From contig JACPCX010000084.1 in assembly GCA_016184305.1 (NCBI GenBank), forward strand, positions 1-13,062: a DNA stretch of 13,062 nucleotides, given 5' to 3'. A model generated the notes under the pieces. That model was not told where the DNA came from, searched no databases, and saw only the letters and a program-made list of their open reading frames with translations. Shown here in pieces: positions 6,850 through 13,062 of the stretch. The translations under genes and the position numbers were made by a program. The stretch comes from Candidatus Rokuibacteriota bacterium (GTDB lineage: Bacteria; Methylomirabilota; Methylomirabilia; Rokubacteriales; CSP1-6). Each line of letters starts with the position of its first letter. Position 1 is the first letter of the stretch.

Positions 6850-7878
6850 TCAGCGGTCGCGGCCGACCACGAAGTCAGCGATGAGCGCCAGGGTTTCCTT
6901 GTCCTCGCAGTCCTCGAACGGGCCGAGGTCCTCCTTGGCCGTCTGGGCGTAGGCCTGGGCCCGCTGAAGCGCGTAGTCCACGCCCTCGTACTTGACCACG
7001 ACCCGCCGGATCTCCTCGACCTCGGCCGGCGACGGACCCCGGCTCGTGAGCACCACCTGGATCCGCTGGCGCTCGGCCGGCGCCGCCCGCTCCAGCGCAG
7101 CGATGAGCGGCAGCGTGCGCTTGCCCTCCTTGAGGTCGGCACCGATGGCCTTGCCCAGCCGCGCTTCGTCGGCGACGAAGTCGAGCGAGTCGTCGGCAAG
7201 CTGGAACGCGATGCCGATGTCCAGCCCGTAGCGCGTCAGCGCCTCGAGCCGCGCCCCATCGGCCCGAGCCAGCAGGGCGCCGATGCGGCAGCACGCCGAG
7301 ATGAACGAGGCCGTCTTCTGGGTGATGATCCGGAGATAGTCGGCCTCGGTGGTGGTGCCGGTGCGCTTCCGCTCGAGCTGGAACACCTCCGCCTCGGTCA
7401 TGGAAACCGTGGCATGGGCCAGGGTGTCGAGCACGGCGGGGTCGCCGTCCCTGACCATCAGCGCGAAGGACTTGGAGTAGAGATGGTCGCCCACAAGGAC
7501 GGAAGCGTCGTCGCCCCAGCGCGCATTGGCCGAGGGCCGGCCCCGCCTCAGCGGCGCCTGGTCCACCACGTCGTCGTGGATGAGGGTGGCCGTGTGGAGC
7601 AGCTCGACCACGCAGCCGAGATGGACGGCCCGGGGCCCGCTATAGCCCGCCAGGCGCCCCGCCATGAGCAGGAGAATGGGGCGGAGACGCTTGCCACCGG
7701 CTCCGGCGATGAACCCGCCCATCTCACGAATCAGCTCGACCGGCGAGTCGAGCTCCCGGGCGATCTCCGTCTCGATGGCGGCGAGCTCGGAGCCGATGAG
7801 GAGTCCCACGCGCTCCTTGAGGAGCGTCTCGAGCGAGGTGGGCGAGGTGAGCGGCGCGCGCGGCGCGGGAACGGTCAA
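6850..7878 (-). CDS. ispB: Long-chain trans-polyprenyl diphosphate synthase (IspB/HepT-like)
   Basis: GGKRLRP, first Asp-rich motif LIHDDVVD...RRG, QKTA, second motif FQLADDSLD, GADLKEGKRTLP. TTG start overlaps the upstream TGA (TTGA). Confidence 0.92.
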   Translation of the reverse strand: MTVPAPRAPLTSPTSLETLLKERVGLLIGSELAAIETEIARELDSPVELIREMGGFIAGAGGKRLRPILLLMAGRLAGYSGPRAVHLGCVVELLHTATLIHDDVVDQAPLRRGRPSANARWGDDASVLVGDHLYSKSFALMVRDGDPAVLDTLAHATVSMTEAEVFQLERKRTGTTTEADYLRIITQKTASFISACCRIGALLARADGARLEALTRYGLDIGIAFQLADDSLDFVADEARLGKAIGADLKEGKRTLPLIAALERAAPAERQRIQVVLTSRGPSPAEVEEIRRVVVKYEGVDYALQRAQAYAQTAKEDLGPFEDCEDKETLALIADFVVGRDR

Positions 7879-8600
7879 CGGACGACGACCCGGTCCTTGA
7901 TCTTGATCTCCGCGCCCTGCGACGGCCCCTGCACCTCGATCACGGAGAACTTCTCCCGAACCTCGGTGACCCGCCCCGTCGCCACCTCCTCGTCCAGCTC
8001 GCCGAGCAGCTCCCCCGTGATGGGGTGGACGATGGGGATCTTGTCCCGGCGCAGGCTCACGATGGCGCCCGGGCGGACCCCGTCGCGGGCGGTGAGATCG
8101 ATGACGACGCGGTTGGTGTCCACGAAGACGACAAAGCCCCGTTGCGGTGTCGGGGCAGGCGCCGCCGGCGCGCTCGCGCCCCGGGTTGCGGGTGCCGACG
8201 GTGGTGCCGGCTCACGGGCCTGAGTCGGCTGGCGCTGCGGGTCCTCCGCCTGGTACGGCATCTTCTGGCGCGGGCTGATGCGTCCGCCGCCCGGCGGCGA
8301 GCCGTACTTCGCGACGACCTCGGGCGTCGCCAGGAGCGAGGACTTGCCGAACACCAGCGACTTGAGCGTGGTGGGAAGCTTGTCCTCCTCCACCCAGATG
8401 TACTCGGGCTCACTCGCGACATCCCCGAAGCGAGGGTTCTTGATCAGCAGCCACCTGGACTCCGCGCTCCTGATCTGCACGCTGGGATCGTTCTGCGCCG
8501 GCAGTCCCAGCACCTCCCGCGCGGTTCCGCAGCCGGACAGGAGGACGCCCGCAACGAGCGGGATGAGGCAGAGACGTGCGGTCGTTCCGAGGCTCATCAC
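7875..8600 (-). CDS. Lipoprotein with Pro/Ala linker and C-terminal FlgT-C-like domain
   Basis: Lipobox LLSG-C, Pro/Ala/Gln-rich linker, and C-terminal RGFVVFVD...DGVRPG...HPITGELLG...VTEVREKFS. Start is GTG 8600 or ATG 8597. Confidence 0.85.
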   Translation of the reverse strand: MMSLGTTARLCLIPLVAGVLLSGCGTAREVLGLPAQNDPSVQIRSAESRWLLIKNPRFGDVASEPEYIWVEEDKLPTTLKSLVFGKSSLLATPEVVAKYGSPPGGGRISPRQKMPYQAEDPQRQPTQAREPAPPSAPATRGASAPAAPAPTPQRGFVVFVDTNRVVIDLTARDGVRPGAIVSLRRDKIPIVHPITGELLGELDEEVATGRVTEVREKFSVIEVQGPSQGAEIKIKDRVVVR

Positions 8601-8606
8601 CGGATC

Positions 8607-8615
8607 AGCATAGCA
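8607..8615 (-). promoter_or_regulatory. Candidate extended -10 internal promoter TGcTATGCT
   Basis: Lies in the 27-bp intergenic gap, 6 nt before GTG 8600. No clear -35. Confidence 0.5.
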
Positions 8616-8627
8616 GATCGGCGCTTG

Positions 8628-9440
8628 CTAATCCTCCGGCCGGGGCTCCCATGGGAAACGCTGGTCCGTGGCCGCGTCGGCCCGCGTGAGGACCATCCGG
8701 CGGGAGAAGAGCGGCGTCCCCGTCACCGCCGAGATCCAGGTGACGTCCAGGTAGGTGGCCCCGCGCCGATCGAGCAGCACCGGGACGAGCCAGCCGGCCA
8801 CCTCCAGCGTCTTCCCCAGCGCCACGGCCTTCTCGGGCCGGACCAGCAATTCCTCCACGCGGTTGCGGTGGCTCAGGAAGAGCTCCTGGACCGCGGAGGG
8901 GTCCACGGCCTGGAAGCGCTTGGTCTGCTCCAGGCCCAGCGCGAGCATGAACGGGACGCGCCGCAGATCGGCCCGGAGCTTCGTGAGATCCACGGGCGGG
9001 ACCACCGCGACCTTGATCCGGCCCCGCGTGATGCGAACACCGTCTTCCGCTCGGACCGCGGGGGCGTTCGGCACGGGGATGAAGGCCGCCTCAGAGAAGC
9101 GCGGGAGGACGCGCTGCACCTGGGCGTAGCCGAGGATCTCCTCGAAGCGCCCCAGGGGCTTGTGCGTCATCGGGTGGCGAAAGACCTCCCCCTTGCGGAA
9201 GACCGTGAGCTCCTGTCCCGTCTGCGCTCCCTCCTTCTGGGTGAGGTCGAGGTAGAGGCGGTCACCGTCCACGCTGACCACGAGGCCCTCGATGGGCGGA
9301 AAGGCGGCCACCACCTCCTGGAGCAGGAGCCCGAACGTGGCGCCCACCTGGTCTGCGAGGCCCGCCTGGGCGGGCGCGGCCCCCATGAGCAGCGCGATCG
9401 CCAGGGACAGGCGCGCCAGCCACGGAGTCGTGCGCACCAC
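8628..9440 (-). CDS. Exported protein: FlgT-C-like domain plus alpha/beta (CsgG/TolB-N-like) domain
   Basis: C-terminal 270 aa of ORF 8628..11183. GTG 9440 overlaps the mutase stop (TAGTG). Signal peptide (M)VRTTPWLARLSLAIALLMGAAPAQA; contains HPMTHKPLG; collinear similarity to the N-terminal half of 412..2280. Confidence 0.85.
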   Translation of the reverse strand: MVRTTPWLARLSLAIALLMGAAPAQAGLADQVGATFGLLLQEVVAAFPPIEGLVVSVDGDRLYLDLTQKEGAQTGQELTVFRKGEVFRHPMTHKPLGRFEEILGYAQVQRVLPRFSEAAFIPVPNAPAVRAEDGVRITRGRIKVAVVPPVDLTKLRADLRRVPFMLALGLEQTKRFQAVDPSAVQELFLSHRNRVEELLVRPEKAVALGKTLEVAGWLVPVLLDRRGATYLDVTWISAVTGTPLFSRRMVLTRADAATDQRFPWEPRPED

Positions 9441-11110
9441 TAGAAGACCACCGAGGGCTGATGGACCCCGAACACCCCGCGCAGCGTCGCGCAGATCTCG
9501 CCGAGGGTCACGGACGCCTTCACCGCGCCCAGGACGAGCGGCAGGAGATTGTCCCGGCCGCGCGCCGCCCGGTCGATCGCCTCGAGCGCCCGCTCGGCGC
9601 GGGCCCGGTCGCGTGTCCGGCGGAGCCGATCGAGCCGCTCGGCCATGGCGGCGGCCACCTCCGGGTTCACCTGGAACAGGTGGCCCGGAGGCGGCTCGTC
9701 GATGACGAAGTCGTTGACGCCCACCACGACCCGGGCCTTGCTCTCGATCTCTTGCTGGTAGCGGTAGGCGGATTCCTGGATCTCCCGCTGCATGAACGGA
9801 ATGGCATTGACCGATCCGCCCAGGCCGTCGATCTTCGCGATATAGGCCTCGGCCTCCTCCTCGACCTGCCGGGTCAGCCGCTCGATGGCGTACGAGCCGC
9901 CCAGCGGATCCACGGTGTCGGCCACGCCGGACTCGTGGGCGAGGATCTGCTGGGTGCGAAGCGCGATCCGCACGGCCTGCTCGGTGGGAAGCGCAAGGGC
10001 CTCGTCCATGGAGTTGGTGTGGAGCGACTGGCAGCCTCCGAGGACCGCCGCCAGGGCCTGCAGCGTCACCCGGACGATATTGTTCTCCGGCTGCTGCGCG
10101 GTCAGCATGCTGCCCGCCGTCTGGACGTGGAAGCGGAGCGTGAGCGATCGCGGATCGCGGGCGCCGAAGCGGTCGTGCATGATGCGGGCCCACAGCCGCC
10201 GGGCGGCGCGGTACTTCGCCACCTCCTCGAGGAGGAGGTTGTGGGCGTTGAAGAAGAAGGAGAGCTGTGGCGCGAACTCGTCGACCCGGAGCCCGGCCTC
10301 GAGCGCGGCCGTCACGTAGGCGATGCCGTTGGCGAGGGTGAAGGCGACTTCCTGGGCCGCCGTGGACCCGGCTTCGCGCATGTGGTAGCCGGAGATGGAG
10401 ATGCTGTTCCACCGCGGCACCCGATCCTTGCAGAACGCGAAGGTGTCGGTGATGAGCCGCATGGAGGGCGCAGGCGGGAAGATGTAGGTGCCCCGGGCGA
10501 CGTACTCCTTCAGGATGTCGTTCTGCACCGTGCCCGACAGCCGCTCGGCCCCGACCCCCTGGCGCTCGCCCACCGCGATGTAGAGGCACAGGAGAATCGC
10601 GGCCGTGGCGTTGATCGTCATGGAAGTGGACACGCGGTCGAGGGGGATCCCGTCGAAGAGGTCCAGCATGTCCTCGAGACTCGAGATGGCGACCCCGACC
10701 TTGCCCGCCTCGCTGCGCGCCACGTCGTGATCGGCGTCGTACCCCATCTGGGTCGGCAGGTCGAAGGCCACGCTGAGCCCCGTCTGGCCCTGGTCGCGCA
10801 GATACCGGTAGCGGTGGTTCGTCTCGGCGGCCGACCCGAACCCGGCATACTGCCGCATGGTCCAGAAGCGTCCGCGATACATGGTGGGCTGCACCCCGCG
10901 CGTGTACGGGAACTCCCCCGGGAAGCCCAGGTCGCCCAGGTAGTCGAGGTCGGGGGTGTCCGCCGGCGTGTGGACGGGCGGCAGCGGCGCCCCGCTCGAT
11001 GTGGCGAAGAGGCCGGGACGCTGAGGCGACCTCTCGCGCGCCGGCGTCAGCGCGCGGGCCTCCCAGACCCGCCGCGCCTCCTCGATGCGCCGCCGCGCCT
11101 CCGGAGTCAT
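9440..11110 (-). CDS. Methylmalonyl-CoA mutase large (substrate-binding) subunit, split form
   Basis: ATG 11110, 11 nt after the pccB stop. Motifs [70 protein letters not shown]. 556 aa with no C-terminal DxHxxG cobalamin-binding domain. Confidence 0.96.
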   Translation of the reverse strand: MTPEARRRIEEARRVWEARALTPARERSPQRPGLFATSSGAPLPPVHTPADTPDLDYLGDLGFPGEFPYTRGVQPTMYRGRFWTMRQYAGFGSAAETNHRYRYLRDQGQTGLSVAFDLPTQMGYDADHDVARSEAGKVGVAISSLEDMLDLFDGIPLDRVSTSMTINATAAILLCLYIAVGERQGVGAERLSGTVQNDILKEYVARGTYIFPPAPSMRLITDTFAFCKDRVPRWNSISISGYHMREAGSTAAQEVAFTLANGIAYVTAALEAGLRVDEFAPQLSFFFNAHNLLLEEVAKYRAARRLWARIMHDRFGARDPRSLTLRFHVQTAGSMLTAQQPENNIVRVTLQALAAVLGGCQSLHTNSMDEALALPTEQAVRIALRTQQILAHESGVADTVDPLGGSYAIERLTRQVEEEAEAYIAKIDGLGGSVNAIPFMQREIQESAYRYQQEIESKARVVVGVNDFVIDEPPPGHLFQVNPEVAAAMAERLDRLRRTRDRARAERALEAIDRAARGRDNLLPLVLGAVKASVTLGEICATLRGVFGVHQPSVVF

Positions 11111-11121
11111 GTCGGGCGGGG

Positions 11122-12672
<1,551 letters not shown>

Positions 12673-12723
12673 GGACAGCCGGCTCCTTCCTTATGACACC
12701 GGGCGGGTATAGTCGGCTCCTGC

Positions 12724-12753
12724 AGTATAGGGATCCGCGACGTGGAAAGTCAA
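12724..12753 (-). promoter_or_regulatory. sigma70-type promoter TTGACT-N18-TATACT for the pccB operon
   Basis: Minus strand -35 at 12753-12748 and -10 at 12729-12724; both near consensus. Confidence 0.8.
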
Positions 12754-12782
12754 TGAATGCAGGGCATTTCCCTTTCACCGTG

Positions 12783-12812
12783 TTGACTTGCGCAACACCC
12801 CTCTGCCATACT
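12783..12812 (+). promoter_or_regulatory. Divergent sigma70-type promoter TTGACT-N18-CATACT with TGn extension
   Basis: -35 at 12783-12788, TG at 12804-12805, -10 at 12807-12812, 9 nt before GTG 12822. Confidence 0.7.
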
Positions 12813-12821
12813 CAAACCGCC

Positions 12822-13062
12822 GTGAGTCCCCTCGCCCAGATCATCGTCGGGATTTGCGTCGTGGCCGTCGCCGCGGCGCTGGTGTCCGCGCTCCTGACGC
12901 TCAAGAAGACCGCCACGCGGGCGGAGACCGTGCTCCATCTGCTGGAGCGGGAGATCCGGCCCCTGGCGAGCCAGATCGGGGCTCTCGCCGAGGAGCTGCG
13001 CGGCCTGTCCCGGCAGGCGACCCGAGAGCTCGAGCGGATCAGCGTCGTGACCCGCCGCGCCG
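12822..13062 (+). CDS. DUF948/YoxC-like membrane-anchored coiled-coil protein, 3' end outside window
   Basis: Not in the ORF track; translated by hand from GTG 12822: MSPLAQIIVGICVVAVAAALVSALLTLKKTATRAETVLHLLEREIRPLASQIGALAEELRGLSRQATRELERISVVTRRA. One N-terminal TM helix followed by a heptad-like helix. Confidence 0.78.
   Translation, partial: MSPLAQIIVGICVVAVAAALVSALLTLKKTATRAETVLHLLEREIRPLASQIGALAEELRGLSRQATRELERISVVTRRA

Noticed and set aside
6834..7199. N-terminal extension of the DUF62 ORF
   Set aside because: Off-frame overlap with the polyprenyl synthase; the family N-terminus (IVTLTTDFG) starts right after GTG 6833.

Overview
High-GC (roughly 70% by eye) bacterial chromosomal window. 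Gene content and style suggest a diderm of the Rokubacteria/Methylomirabilota type, which is an unverified impression. Most genes are on the minus strand. From right to left these are: an acyl-CoA carboxylase beta subunit (pccB-like), a split methylmalonyl-CoA mutase large subunit, two exported proteins with a FlgT-C-like domain, a long-chain polyprenyl diphosphate synthase, and a DUF62 SAM hydroxide adenosyltransferase. A ~150-bp MITE-like element separates that block from a convergent FmdB zinc-ribbon gene (+). The minus strand then continues with a PilF/Tgl-like TPR lipoprotein, an outer-membrane beta-barrel, a secreted hypothetical protein, a third FlgT-C-like protein with FG-GAP motifs, and a Uma2 endonuclease cut by the window edge. 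A DUF948-like gene starts on + at the right edge. Four observations stand out. (1) The 5901-6051 element has CTAG-flanked terminal inverted repeats and sits in what would otherwise be the shared stop codons of two genes; only its minus strand can fold into a ~125-nt hairpin, which contains six tandem G.A/A.G pairs. (2) Three paralogous exported proteins share an HPxT-xxxLG beta domain and cluster with a porin and a pilotin-like TPR lipoprotein, suggesting an uncharacterised envelope complex. (3) Four genes look leaderless, with GTG starts just after a -10 box. (4) The porin may lack one beta-strand.
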